Source: Mobula hypostoma (taxonomy: Eukaryota). From it: a stretch of 64,000 bases of DNA. The stretch covers positions 115,322,001 to 115,386,000 of the forward strand of contig NC_086108.1 of NCBI RefSeq assembly GCF_963921235.1, given 5' to 3'. Below are positions 11,580 through 23,334 of this stretch, one piece after another (position 1 is the stretch's first letter; every line of letters begins with the position of its first letter). Below the pieces are notes generated by a model. That model saw only the letters and a program-made list of their open reading frames with translations. It had not been told where the DNA came from and ran no database searches. Both the position numbers and the translations under genes were made by a program.

Positions 11580-13350
11580 CTCTTTAACCACCCTTGGCCC
11601 CTATGCACATCTCTGTAACCCACTCTGACCTCTATACCCCTCCCTGTCTCTGTAACCCCGTCTATCCCCTACAGCCCTCCCTGTCTCTGTAACCCCCTCT
11701 GGCCCCTACACCCCTCCCTGTCACTGCAACCCCGTCTATCCCCTACAGCCCTCCCTGTCTCTGTAACCCCCACTGGCCCCTACACCCCGCCCTGTCACTG
11801 TAACCCCCTCCAGACCCTACACCCCTCCCTGTCTCTGTAACCCCCTCTGGCCCCTACACCCCTCCCTGTCTCTGTAACCCCCTCTGGCCCCTACACCCCT
11901 CCCTGTCACTGTAACCCGCTCCAGATCCTACGCCCCTCCCTGTCACTGTAACCCCCTCCAGACCCTACACCCCTCCCTGTCTCTGTAACGCCCTCTGGCC
12001 CCTACACCCCTCCCTGTCTCTGTAACCCCCTCTGGCCCCTACACCCCTCCCTGTCACTGTAACCCCCTCCAGACCCTACACCCCTCCCTGTCTCTGTAAC
12101 CCCCTCCAGACCCTACACCCCTCCCTGTCACTGTAACCCCCTCCAGACCCTACACCCCTCCCTGTCACTGTAATCCCCTACAGACCCTACATCCCTCCCT
12201 GTCACTGTAACCCCCTCCAGACCCTACACCCCTCCCTGTCTCTGTAACCCCCTCCAGACCCTACACCCCTCCCTGTCACTGTAACCCCCTCCAGACCCTA
12301 CACCCCTCCCTGTCTCTGTAACCTCCTCCAGACCCTACACCCCTCCCTGTCACTGTAACCCCCTCTGGCCCCTACACCCCTCCCTGTCACTGCAACCCCC
12401 TCCAGACCCTACACCCTTCCCTGTCACTGTAACCCCCTCCAGACCCTACACCCCTCCCTGTCACTGTAACCCCCTCCAGACCCTACACTCCTCCCTGTCT
12501 CTGTAACCCCCTCCGGCCCCTACACCCCTCCCTGTCTCTGTAACCCACTCTGACCCCTATACCCCCCCTGTTTCAGTAACTCTCTCTGGTCCCTACAGTC
12601 CTCCCTGTTTCTGTAACCCCCTCCGGTCCCTACACCCCTCCCTGTCTCTGTAACCCCCTCCGGCCCCTACACCCTGCCATGTCTCTGTAACCCTCTCTGG
12701 CCCCTACACCATTCCCTGTCTCTGTAATCCCCTCCGGCCCCTACACCATTCCCTGTTTCTCTAACTCCTTTCCACCCCACACACCCTTCCCACCTCTCTG
12801 AGTCCATCTGGCCCCTACACCCCTCACTATTTATGTAACGCCCTCCAGCTTTTGCATCTCTGTAACCAACCCCCCAGGCCCCTCACCCTTCCATGTCTCT
12901 GTAACCCTCACCAGCCCCTACACCCCTCCCGGTCTCTGTAACCCTCACCAGCCCCTACACCCCTCCCTGTCACTGTAACCTCCTCTAGACCCTACACCCC
13001 TCCCTGTCACTGTAACCCCCTCCAGACCCTACACCCCTCCCTGTCACTGTAACCCCCTCTGGACCCTACACCCCTCCCTGTCTCTGTAACCCCTTCAGCC
13101 CCTACACCCCTCCCTGTCTCTGTAACCCCCTCCGGCCCCTACACCCCTCTCTGTCTCTGTAACCCACTCTGACCCCATACCCCTCCCTGTTTCAGTAACT
13201 CTCTCTGGTCCCTACAGCCCTCCCTGTCTCTGTAACCCCCTCCGGCCCCTACACCCCTCTCTGTCTCTGTAACCCGCTCCGGCCCCTACACCCCTCCCTG
13301 TTTCTGTAACCCCCTCTGGCCCCTACACCCCTCCCTGCCTCTGTAATCTC
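11580..13350. repeat. 37-bp minisatellite, right block (same family as 3565-6460)
   Basis: Same unit, enriched in ccagaccc and tcactg variants. Confidence 0.97.
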
Positions 13351-13787
13351 CTCTCACACTCTGGCACTCACATGCTTTGAAATTCCCTTTAAACACTTCC
13401 AAATGTAGTCACCCTGTATCCAGCCACAGCACCCCATCCCACCTTCTGTCACTCACTGAACAGCCCCCACTCTACTCCGCTGCACCACGCACTGCCTTGG
13501 CTTCTCACCCCTCAGTCAGCTGAGCTTTTACAAATGCAATCTCACATCATTGACATTTTGTCGAAACCCCTGTAATATATGAAGTGGATTAAATTCATCC
13601 CTGTTCATCCCTGCTCAGTCTTTCAGTTTATGAATTAATCAGGCTGGATCAGTGCGTTTATTGTGGCGTCTGTGACTGATTCACTCACTCGTATTCTCGG
13701 TTGCTTTATTAACCAGTGCTAGTGACAGACGGCCCTGTGACTCACATTGTGCTTGTGAGTGGCAGGGTGTGGTCTCATCCCGTTCAC

Positions 13788-13804
13788 TCTGTGTGTGTCT
13801 GTCT

Positions 13805-13839
<35 letters not shown>

Positions 13840-13874
13840 TGTCTCTGAGTGTGTGTGTGTGTCTGTGTCTGTCT

Positions 13875-13911
<37 letters not shown>

Positions 13912-13931
13912 TATCTGTGTGTGTCTGTGTT

Positions 13932-13974
<43 letters not shown>

Positions 13975-14039
13975 CTGTGTGTTTGTGTCTGTCCGTGTGT
14001 GTGTGCCTCTGGGTATGTGTATCTGTGTCTGTGTGTTTG

Positions 14040-14076
<37 letters not shown>

Positions 14077-14087
14077 TGTGGGTGTGT
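13788..14087. repeat. Compound (TG)n microsatellite
   Basis: Directly visible. Confidence 0.97.
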
Positions 14088-15136
14088 GACCATAAGACAT
14101 AGGAGGAGGCTATTCGGCCCATCGAGTCTGCTCTGGCACTCCATCAAGGCTGATTTATTATCTCTCTCAACCTCATTCTCCTGCCTTCTCCCCGTAACCT
14201 TTGACACTCTGGCTAATCAAGAAGCTATCAACCTCTGCTTTAAATATACCCAATTACTTGGCCTCCACAGCCATCTGTGGCAATGAATTCCACAGATTCA
14301 CCACCCTCTGGATAAAGAAATGTCTTCTCGTCTCTGTTCTCAATGGATGTCCCTCCCTGCTGAGACTTTGCCTCCTTGAACTGGACTTGCCCACAACAGG
14401 AAATTTCCTCTTCACATCTGCTCTAGCTCTTTCCATATCCGATAGGTTTCAGTGAGATCCCTGCTCCATTCTCCTAAACTCCAGCGGGTACGGGTGCAGA
14501 GCTATCAAACGCTCCTCATTGTTTAACCATTTCATTCCTGGGATCATTCTCCTGAGCTTCCTGTGGACCCTCTCTAGTGCTGGCACATCTTCGATAAGGG
14601 GCCTAACCCTGCTCACAATACGCCAAGTGCGGTCTGACCAGGCCCTATAAAACCTCAACATTATGTCCTTGCTTTTATATTCTAGTCCTCTTGAAATAAA
14701 CGCTAACCTTGCACGGGCCTTCTTCACCACAGACTCAACCTACGAGTTAACCTTTAGGGACTCCTGCATGAGGACTTCCTAGTCCCTTTGCACCTCTGAT
14801 TTTTGAATTTTCTCCCCAATTACAAAATGGTCCACGTGTTTATTCCTTCCAAAAAGCATACTTTCCTACACTGTATTCCATCTTCCAGCACACTGCCCAC
14901 TCTCTCAATCTATCTAAACTCTTCTGCAGATATCCTGCATCCTTAGCACTACCTACCCCTCCTCCTATCTTTGTATCATCCGCAAACTTGGCCCCAAAGC
15001 CATCAACCCCGTCATCCAAATCTTTGACATGCAATGTGAAAAGAAGTGGTCCAAACTGCCCCCTGTGGCACAGCCCTAGTCACCAGCTGCCAACCAGAAA
15101 AAAAACCCTTTATTCCCTCTCTTTGCCTCTTGCCAG
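14088..15136 (-). mobile_element. 5'-truncated CR1 LINE
   Basis: Tail gaccataagacataggag at the left end; ORF pieces DLDDGVDGFGAKFADDTKIGG, ALERVHRK and FFIQRVVNLWNSLPQ. Confidence 0.9.
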
Positions 15137-15139
15137 AGG

Positions 15140-16455
15140 CTGGTGGGGTGGGTAGGTGACCACAGGTCCTAGCTATGCCTGCCTTTTTTGTCAGCTACAT
15201 GGAACAGTCTATGTTCCAAGCCTACACTGGTGTCTGTCCCCCACTTTTCCTATCCTACATCGATGACTGCATTGGTGTTGCTTCCTGCACCCATGCTGAA
15301 CTCGTCGACTTCATCCATTTTATATCCGACTTCCAGTCTGCCCTCAAATTTACCTGGTCCATTTCTGACATCTCCCTCCCCTTTCTCAATCTGACTGTCT
15401 TTCTCTCAGAAGACAGCTTATCTACTGATGTCCATTATAAACCCACAGACTCTCACAACTAGACTACACCTCCTCCTACCCTGTTACTTGTAAAAATACC
15501 ACCCCTTTCTCTCAATTCCTCCCTCTCCGCCACATCTGCTCTCAGGTGAGGATTTTCATTCCAGAATGAAGGAGATAACCTTTTTCAAAGAAAGGGGCCT
15601 TCCTTCCTCCACCATCAACACTGCCCTCAACTGCATCTCTTCCATTTTGTACATGTCTACCCTCACCCCATCCTTCCGCCACCCTACCAGGGATAGGGTT
15701 CCTCTTGTCCTCACCTACCACCCAAATATCCCACCAGTTGCCACATCCAGAACATAATTGTCTGTAACTTCTGCCATCTCCAACGGGATCCCACCACCAA
15801 GCCCATCTTCCACCACTGCCCGCCTTTGGCAGGAATCGCTCCCTACGTGACTCCCTTGTCCATTTGTCCCTCCCCACTGATCTCTCTCCTGGCACTTATC
15901 CTTGCAAGCAGAACAAGATACACCTGTTTCTACACCTCCTCCCTCACTACCATTGAGGACCCCATACCTGTCCTTCCAGGAGAGGAGACACTTCACCTGT
16001 GAGTCTGTTGGGGCCATCTACAGTAACTGGTGGCTCCCAATGTGGCCAGTACTGTTGTGATGAGGTCACACTCAGGTTGGAGGAACAACACCTTATTATC
16101 CATCTGGGTAGCCTCTAACCTGATGGCATGAAGATCGATTTAGTGAAATTTCGGTAATGCCCCCACCCCACACCTTCACCATTCCCCATCCCCTCCTGTC
16201 CTCTTCTATCAGACTCCCCCTCCTCCAGCCCTGTACCTGTTTCATCAATCAACTCCCAGCTCTTTACTTCATCCCTCTCCCTCCAGGTTTCACCTATCAC
16301 CTTGTGTTTCTCTCTCCCCCCCCCCCCCGCTTTTAAATTTACTCCTCATCTTTTTGTCTCCAGTCCTGCCGAAGGGTCTCGGACAAAATGTCAGCTCTAC
16401 TCTTTTCCATAGATGCTGCCTGGCCTGCTGAGTTCCTCCAGCAGTTTGTGTGTTG
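15140..16455 (+). mobile_element. Penelope-like element, decayed (RT + GIY-YIG region + 3' repeat with hammerhead-like motif)
   Basis: ORF 15175-15462 reads LFLSYIDDCIG...LKFTWSISDISLPFLNL...STDVHYKPTDSH (PLE RT). RHFTCESVGAIY near 15987-16021 matches the start of the GIY-YIG domain. 3' motif cagtcctgccgaagggtctcggacaaaatgtc. Confidence 0.88.
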
Positions 16456-16759
16456 CCGTCTTAAAAGCTTCTTCCCCCAGGCAGCTAATCTGATCAAGCA
16501 TTCAAGTGAGACCGCACCCCCCCCCACACCCTGTAATGTTACCCCCATCACTGCACTGTAAACACTTTTGATCCACTTTTTATAATGTTGTTGACATGTT
16601 GGTATTTATATATTTATACACATTTTATTCCATATCTATACTTTAACTGCCAGCTTTATTTTATAATTCTTTATATTGTATAATTATTGAATATAATCAT
16701 TTTTGTTGCCAACACAGAAGAAGAAATTCCTAATAAATGTAAACATAAGGTTGATCTTT

Positions 16760-16994
16760 GATCCTTGATCATTTAAGCAGAAGGTGTCCGAAGAGTTACC
16801 GTGGGATTAACTGGCTCGTGGTTGCTATGTGTCATTGCATGTTGCTTTTTGATCTTTTGATGGTGGTTATTCCTATCACTGTGATGCAGAATTCACCATT
16901 GCTCATCACTGAGAGGGAGCGTGAAGAGGGCTTGAACTACCATGAAACGGGTTGTTTTACTCACTTGGTAATGTGTTGTTGTAATGGTGATCCT
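16760..16994 (+). pseudogene. Decayed 28S rRNA fragment (3' part of domain V into domain VI)
   Basis: Collinear with vertebrate 28S as I recall it: tttaagcagaaggtgtccgaagagttacc...aactggctcgtgg...gctttttgatc...ttcctatcactgtgatgcagaattcacca...agggagcgtga...gttttac...atgtgttgttgtaatggtgatcct. Many substitutions and small deletions. Confidence 0.88.
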
Positions 16995-17099
16995 CCCACC
17001 CTGCTTCCTGTAAGGACTTTGTCCCTCAGCTTCTCATGTGAGGCTTTCTGATCCAGCACACTTTCCTCTGGAAACGTGCTTCACTGAGGAGGGTGCTTA

Positions 17100-17762
17100 T
17101 CGAGGGTGAGCAGCTTCCAGTGTCAACATCTCTGAAGATCTATCCTGGGCCCAACACATTGAAGCAATTATATGGCTATATTTTACTTGGAGTTTGTGAA
17201 GATTTGGTCTGTTATCAAAGGCTCTAGAAAATTCCTACAGATGTACCGTGGAGAGCATTCTAACTGGTTGCATCACAGTCTGGTATGGAGGGGTCACTAC
17301 ACAGGATCAGAAAGAGAAGCAGAAAGTTACAAACTCAGCCAATTCCATCATGGGGCACTAGTCTCCCCAGTACCTAGAATATCTTCAAAAGGTGACATCC
17401 ATCATGAAGGACCCCCATCACCCAGGACATGCCCTCGTCTCATTACTACCAGTAATGAGGTGCAGGTCAATGGGACTAGGCAGATTAATGATTAAACATG
17501 GACTAGATGGGCCAAAGGGCCTGTTTCTGTGCTGTACTGTTCTATGACTATGACTGTACAATCAAGGAAGAGGTACAAAAGCCTGAAGGCACATACTGAG
17601 TGTTTTAGAAACAGCTTCTTCTCCACCACCATCAGATTTCTGAATGGACAATGAATCCATGAAGAGTAGTTTTCGCTCTTTCTGTACTACTTTTTTATTT
17701 TTTATTGTTACAGTATATTTTGGGTATTGCACTGTGCTGGTGCCACAAAACCACCAACTTCA
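17100..17762 (+). mobile_element. Rex1/Babar-type LINE 3' fragment (with short CR1 tail inserted ~17460-17555)
   Basis: gtcaacatctctgaagatctatcctgggcccaacac and aacagcttcttc...atcagatttctgaatggac are typical Rex1 C-terminal and 3' UTR blocks. Confidence 0.75.
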
Positions 17763-18739
17763 CAAACAAGAGAAAATCTGCAGATGCTGGAAATCCAGAG
17801 CAACAGGCACAAAACGCTGGAGGAACTCAGCAGGCCAGGCAGCATCTGAGGAAAAAGTACGGGCAGGACTCCCACCTTCACAAGTATCTCAGCGGTAATA
17901 GAGCTGTTTCCGACATGGAGGAAAGCCACGAGTTCTCGGCAAACATGTACAAGCACCCTACAGACAGCAGCGGGAACTGAATCCTGTTCTCCCGATTACC
18001 GGTGCTGGGAAGTGTTCCACTCACTGCTGCACTGTCATGCTGGAAACTGCTACGGCTGCTGTTGCGTACTGTAGAGCGGGAAAGGTTCAGAGGGATGGAA
18101 CACAGGCGAATGGCATTGGCTCAGGTAGGCAGCTTGGTCAGCACGGATGGGCCGAGCGGAAGGCCCTGTTCCCATGCTGTGTATAAGGCTATGACTCTAT
18201 TAATAACAGCAGATCACTAATGACCTGGAGAATAATTCCCTCTGATAAACGACACACTCTGCAATAAATTATCCCTTTTCAATTATTGCTGAAACATACA
18301 GGCGATGATTAAATCAGGAGTTCCCTCTGACAACATGTCGGAACCAGTTATCCGGAGGGGATGATTAACTCAGTGAGAGGGGAATTAATGTTTTGACAGA
18401 GTTCTGTGTTATAGAATAATACAGCACAGAAACAGGCCCTTCAGCCCTACTTGTCCCTGCTGACCTAGATGCCTACGTGAGCTAGAGACATCTGCCTGTG
18501 TTCAGTCGTATTCTGTTAAACCTATTTAAAGGTCTTTTAAACGTTATTCAGTATATCCATCTTATCCATTTCCTCTGGCAGCTCATTTCATATGCACACC
18601 TGCCCTTCATGACCCCTTTATAGCTTTCCCCTTTCACCTTAAACATGTGCCCTTAGTTGTAGGTTCACCTTGTCTATGCCCCTCACTACAGGCCCTTCAG
18701 CCCACCATGTTGTGACGATCCTTTCAAGTTCAATTCAGG

Positions 18740-19020
18740 TTTACTAGGTAGCGAAACAGTTGATGTGATACTATTACAGCTTGGGGGGGTGGGGGCATGT
18801 GCGGGTACACCATCTGTAGGGAGTCTGGACATTCTCTTTGTGACTATGTAAGTTTCCTCCGGGTGCTCTGGTTTCCTCCCACTTTCCAAAGATGTACCGG
18901 TTAGCAGGTTAGTTGGTCGTTGTAAATTGTCCTGTGATTAGGCTCGGGTTATATCAGTGGGTTGCTTGACAGCACGGCTTGGTGGGCTGGAAGAGCCTAT
19001 TCCACACTCTATCTCTAAAT
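18740..19020 (+). mobile_element. V-SINE (HE1-like)
   Basis: V-domain gtttcctccgggtgctctggtttcctcccactttccaaagatgtacc plus CR1-like tail ggtgggctggaagagcctattcc. Confidence 0.8.
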
Positions 19021-19619
19021 AGACAAAATAGCTGGTATCATTCAACTGTACACATGTAGACAGCTCAACAAAACATCATTCCTCTCGGGCCAAGGTGCAA
19101 AACACAGCACATACAGTCACACAGCTCATATAGCTACAATCCAGCACACACAGTCACAAAGATCGTGTCAGCACAAGTGTGACCGCCTGTAGATTGGTGC
19201 TGCATAGGATGTTGTCCTGGAGCCTGCAACAGTTCCACATCTCTCTAACCTACGCTAAGATTAATCTAACATTTCCCTCCTACATAACCCTCCATTTTCT
19301 CTCATTCAGGTGCCTTTCTAAGGGTCTCTTAAATGTCTCTAAGGGCATTCCATGCACCCACCATTCTGTGTAGAAAACCTACCCCTTACATCCTCCCTCT
19401 ACTTTTGTCTAGGGGAAAATTCTCTCCTCTCATATTAGCCATTTCTGCCGCGGAAAAAGTCTCTGGCTGACCACTCGATCTATACCTCTCATCATTTTGT
19501 ACATCTCTATTATGTCATTTCTCATCCTCCTTTGCTCAAAAGAGAAAAGAGACCTCTCTCTCCCTCATCCTATCCTCATAAGGCATGCTCTTTAATCCAA
19601 GTAGCATTCTGATAAATTA

Positions 19620-20963
19620 CACTGGACAACAAACGTTTTGAAAGTGTTGCTTGCTCAGAATTTTATTTTTGTTTATGATAGACTGCTTAAAGCTGAACAC
19701 AAATATAATTTCAGACTACTTGTATCGTAGTCATAGTCATAGTCATAGGCATACCTTATTGATCCCGGGGGAAATTGGGTTTTGTTACAGTTGCTCCATA
19801 AATAATAAATAGTAATAGAACCATAAATAGTTAAATAATAATATGTAAATTATGCCAGTAAATTATGAAATAGGTCCAGGACCAGCCTATTGGCTCAGGG
19901 TGTCTGACCCTCCAAGGGAGGAGTTGTAAAGTTTGATGGCCACAGGCAGGAATGACTTCCTATGACGCTCTGTGCTGCATCTCGGTGGAATGAGTCTCTG
20001 GCTGAATGTACTCCTCTGCCCAACCAGTACATTATGTAGTGGATGGGAGACATTGTCCAAGATGGCATGCAACTTGGACAGCATCCTCTTTTCAGACACC
20101 ACCGTCAGAGAGTCCAGTTCCATCCCCACAACATCACTGGCCTTATGAATGAGTTTATTGATTCTGTTGGTGTCTGCTACCCTCAGCCTGCTGCCCCAGC
20201 ACACAACAGCAAACATGATCGCACTGGCCACCACAGACTCGTACAACATCCTCAGCATCGTCCGGCAGATATTAAAGGACCTCAGTGTCCTCAGGAAATA
20301 GAGACGGCTCTGACGCTTCTTGTAGACAGCCTCAGTGTTCAGTCTCATGTAGGAATTTGGAGAAATAAGAAACTAACTTTTATTGAATATAATGTGTTTA
20401 ACTGTGTAATAGTGCTGATGCTTTGCAATAGTTCAACTAAGGTGAAAATGTTTTGTTGATGGTTTTTGTTTGTACTCAGTGTCTGAGGCTTCTCACTTAA
20501 GTGTCCAACAATAATTGGCCAGCATTGATGGATTCCCATTGCCCTGGTACTGTTTCTCCATGACCGCAATGTCCCAGTGAAACCTTTCACCGTGCTCGGC
20601 ACTGGTAGCGCCAAGATTTCCAGGGAAGAAGTCTAAATGGGAATGCAGAAAGTGAATCTTTAGTGACACGCGCACTTCATGGTTTGGTGCTCTGAAGTTG
20701 CTGAGAAAATTTTCAACAACTTGAATGCCTTCCATGTGATTTTCTACCGGACTAGAAGTTTTCCAGGTAGCATATCATTAATGACCTGCTTGACTGAGGA
20801 TCAACAAAAATGCCTTCCTTAATCTTGACACCAATTATTTAGATGAATTACAAATTAAAATAACAAATTTCAAAAAATGGTGGGTGATTTTCATGATTAG
20901 CAGTCCAAAATCCAGGAGATACCCCCAAAGGTATTCAGGAATCAAAGTGTTTGTTGTCCAGTA
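19620..20963 (-). mobile_element. Internally deleted Chapaev3-type (CMC superfamily) DNA transposon
   Basis: 15-bp TIRs CACTGGACAACAAAC (19620-19634) and GTTTGTTGTCCAGTA (20949-20963, one mismatch), flanked by TTA / TCA. ORF 20493-20735 reads SLKIHFLHSHLDFFPGNLGATSAEHGERFH.DIAVMEKQYQG...MLANYCWTLK, a Chapaev3 transposase C-terminus. Confidence 0.82.
19725..20346 (-). mobile_element. Young 5'-truncated Rex1/Babar LINE nested in the Chapaev element
   Basis: Open frame 19887-20348 reads QSRLYFLRTLRSFN...SHPLHNVL...RHRKSFLPVAIKLYN; (catagt)n tail at the left end. Confidence 0.88.
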
Positions 20964-20966
20964 TCA

Positions 20967-21465
20967 TAAACTCTATAAGATCACCCCTCAGCCTTCTGCA
21001 CTCCAAAGAAAACAGTCCCAACCTGTCCAGTTGTCCAGCCTCTCATTATAACCCAAACTCCTCAGTTCTTGGGAATCATTTCTATGTCTTTTTCAGGTTT
21101 ATCAAATCCTTCTTAGAACTAGGCAACAAAAACTGCACACAATACTCCACATGTGGTCACATGACATCCTAATTGCTGTACTCAGTGCCCTGACTGATGA
21201 AGACCAGTCTGTTGAATACCTGCGTTGTGACTTTCAAGGAAGCAGTGATCTGAAAGCCTGGGTCTCTCTGTTCTACAACACTCTCCAGGGCTCTGGTTTA
21301 ACTTAACAAATTGCATCACTTTGCACTTGCATGAGTTAAGCTCCAAGTCCATCTGTCAGTCTTTGTCCCTCTTTCCCAGTTGACCAAGGTCTTGAGGTAA
21401 CCTGAGACTTCCCAGTCTTCCCTGTCCACCTCGCCACCAACTTTGGTGTCATCCATGAACTTTCA
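20967..21465 (-). mobile_element. Old CR1 fragment
   Basis: ctctataagatcacccctcagccttc, aaaactgcacacaatactcc and ccaccaactttggtgtcatcc are antisense CR1 ORF2 blocks. Confidence 0.75.
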
Positions 21466-21539
21466 TCCAGGTGGACCTGGAACTGATCTACTAAACTACC
21501 AAAGGCTGATTACTAAAGGCCTGTTTTGATCAAATGGCC

Positions 21540-23080
21540 GGAGTTTTCATTGAGATCTTTAATCTCTTACTTCGGCAATCTGAGGTACCCACCTGCTTCA
21601 AGTAGACTTTATTTACACTGGTGCCTAACAATGTGGTGACTGCCTCCATGACGATTGTCCAGCAGCACTTACATTCACTGTGATGAAGTGTTCTGAGAGC
21701 CTGATGATGAAACATATCAAATCCTACTGAGAAGCGACTTGGATCTGCTCCAATTTGCCTACTGGCACAACAGGTCCACAGCAGATGCCATCTCACTGGC
21801 TCTTCACTCAATCCTGGAACATCTGGACAGCAAAGGTGCATACATCAGGTTGCTCTTTATCAACTGCAGTTTAGCATTCATTATCATCATCATCCCCTCA
21901 AAACTAATCAACAAGCTTCAAGAACGTTACCTCAATATCTCCTTGTGCAATTGGATCCTCGATTTCCTCACTTGCCGACAGCAGTTGGTTTGTATTGGCA
22001 ACATCTCATCCGTGATCTCCATCAACACAGGTGCAGTGCAAGGCTGTGAGCTTAGACCCCTCCTTACTCATCTTACGCTTATGACTGAGTGGCTACGCAC
22101 AGCTCCAATCCCGTTTTTAAGTTTGCTGATGACAACACTATCATAGCACAAACCAAAAGATGGAGATGAATGAGCATATAGGACAGAGGCTGAAAACCTG
22201 TCTGAGTGGTCCCACAACAGCCTCTCAAACAGTGACAGCAAGACTAAGGAGCCGATTATTGAGTTCAGGAGGAGGAAACTGGAGATCATGACCCAGTTCT
22301 CATTGGAGGATCAGAAGTGGAGGGGGTCGGCAACTTGAAATGCCTCAGAGGACCTGTCCTGGGCTCGGCACGCAAGTATGATTATGAAGAAAGCATGGCA
22401 GTGCCTCGACTTCCTCAGGAGTTTACAAAGATTCAGTATGACATCAAAAACTTTGACAAACTTCTATAGAAGTGTGGTGCAGGGTATATTGACTGACTGC
22501 ATCACAGCCTGGCATGGAAACACCAGTGCTCTTGAATATAAAATCCTACAAAAAGTAGTGGATACAGCCCAGTCCATCACGGGTAAAGCCCTCCCAACCA
22601 CTGAGCACACCTACACAGAGCTTGGCACAGGAAAGCAGCAGTCATCATCAGGGACCCCCACCACCCAGGACATGCTCTCTTCTCACTGCTGCCATCAGGA
22701 AGGAGCCCCCGGACTCACACCACCAGGTTCAAGAATGGTTATTACCCGTCAGTCATTAGACTCTTAAACCAAAGAAGATAACTTCGCTCAACATCACCTA
22801 CTCCATCATTGAAATGTTCCCACAACCAACTTTCTAGGACTCTTCGTCTCATGTTCTTGATATTAATTGCTTATTTAATTATTATTATTATTATTATGTA
22901 TATTCTTTCTTTTTGTATTTGCACAGTTTGTCGTCTTTCGCACATTGCTTATTCGCCCACCCTGTTGGAACGGTTTTTCACTGAGTCTGTTATGATTATT
23001 GGATTTATTGAGTATGCCACAAAAAAATGAATTCAGGGTTGTGTATGGTGACATGTATGTAATTTCCTTTGAACTTTGAA
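21540..23080 (+). mobile_element. Rex1/Babar LINE, decayed RT through intact 3' UTR (empty (TTA)n site at ~22871-22897)
   Basis: QFAYWHNRSTADAISLALHSILEHLDSKGAYIRLLFI...LCNWILDFLT; tail ctttgaactttgaa. Confidence 0.88.
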
Positions 23081-23334
23081 TTTTTGATCCCTGTGGCCAC
23101 TGGTCACAGGTCTCCAGCCAGAGAAACATCCTTCCACTGTTTCCCTCTGACTCCTACCACCAAGATAATCTTGCATCCAGTTGGCTGGCTCGGCCTCATG
23201 TCCTCATCCCAGTGCCCAGTAGGACAGAGATTAAACCAGAGTTCCACCCAATCCTCTTGCCCCTTTCCGATCTCTCCCTCCACCCCTGTAGCGGGCAGAT
23301 GTTCCAGAGGTTGTCTCCAACTGATGAACCCTTG

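Noticed and set aside
3565..13350. Regular 37-bp repeats as a possible CRISPR array
   Set aside because: Units are head-to-tail with no unique spacers, there are no cas genes, and the DNA is vertebrate.
16760..16994. Functional rRNA gene or R2/R4 target-site context
   Set aside because: Short, heavily mutated fragment with no rDNA unit or site-specific element attached.
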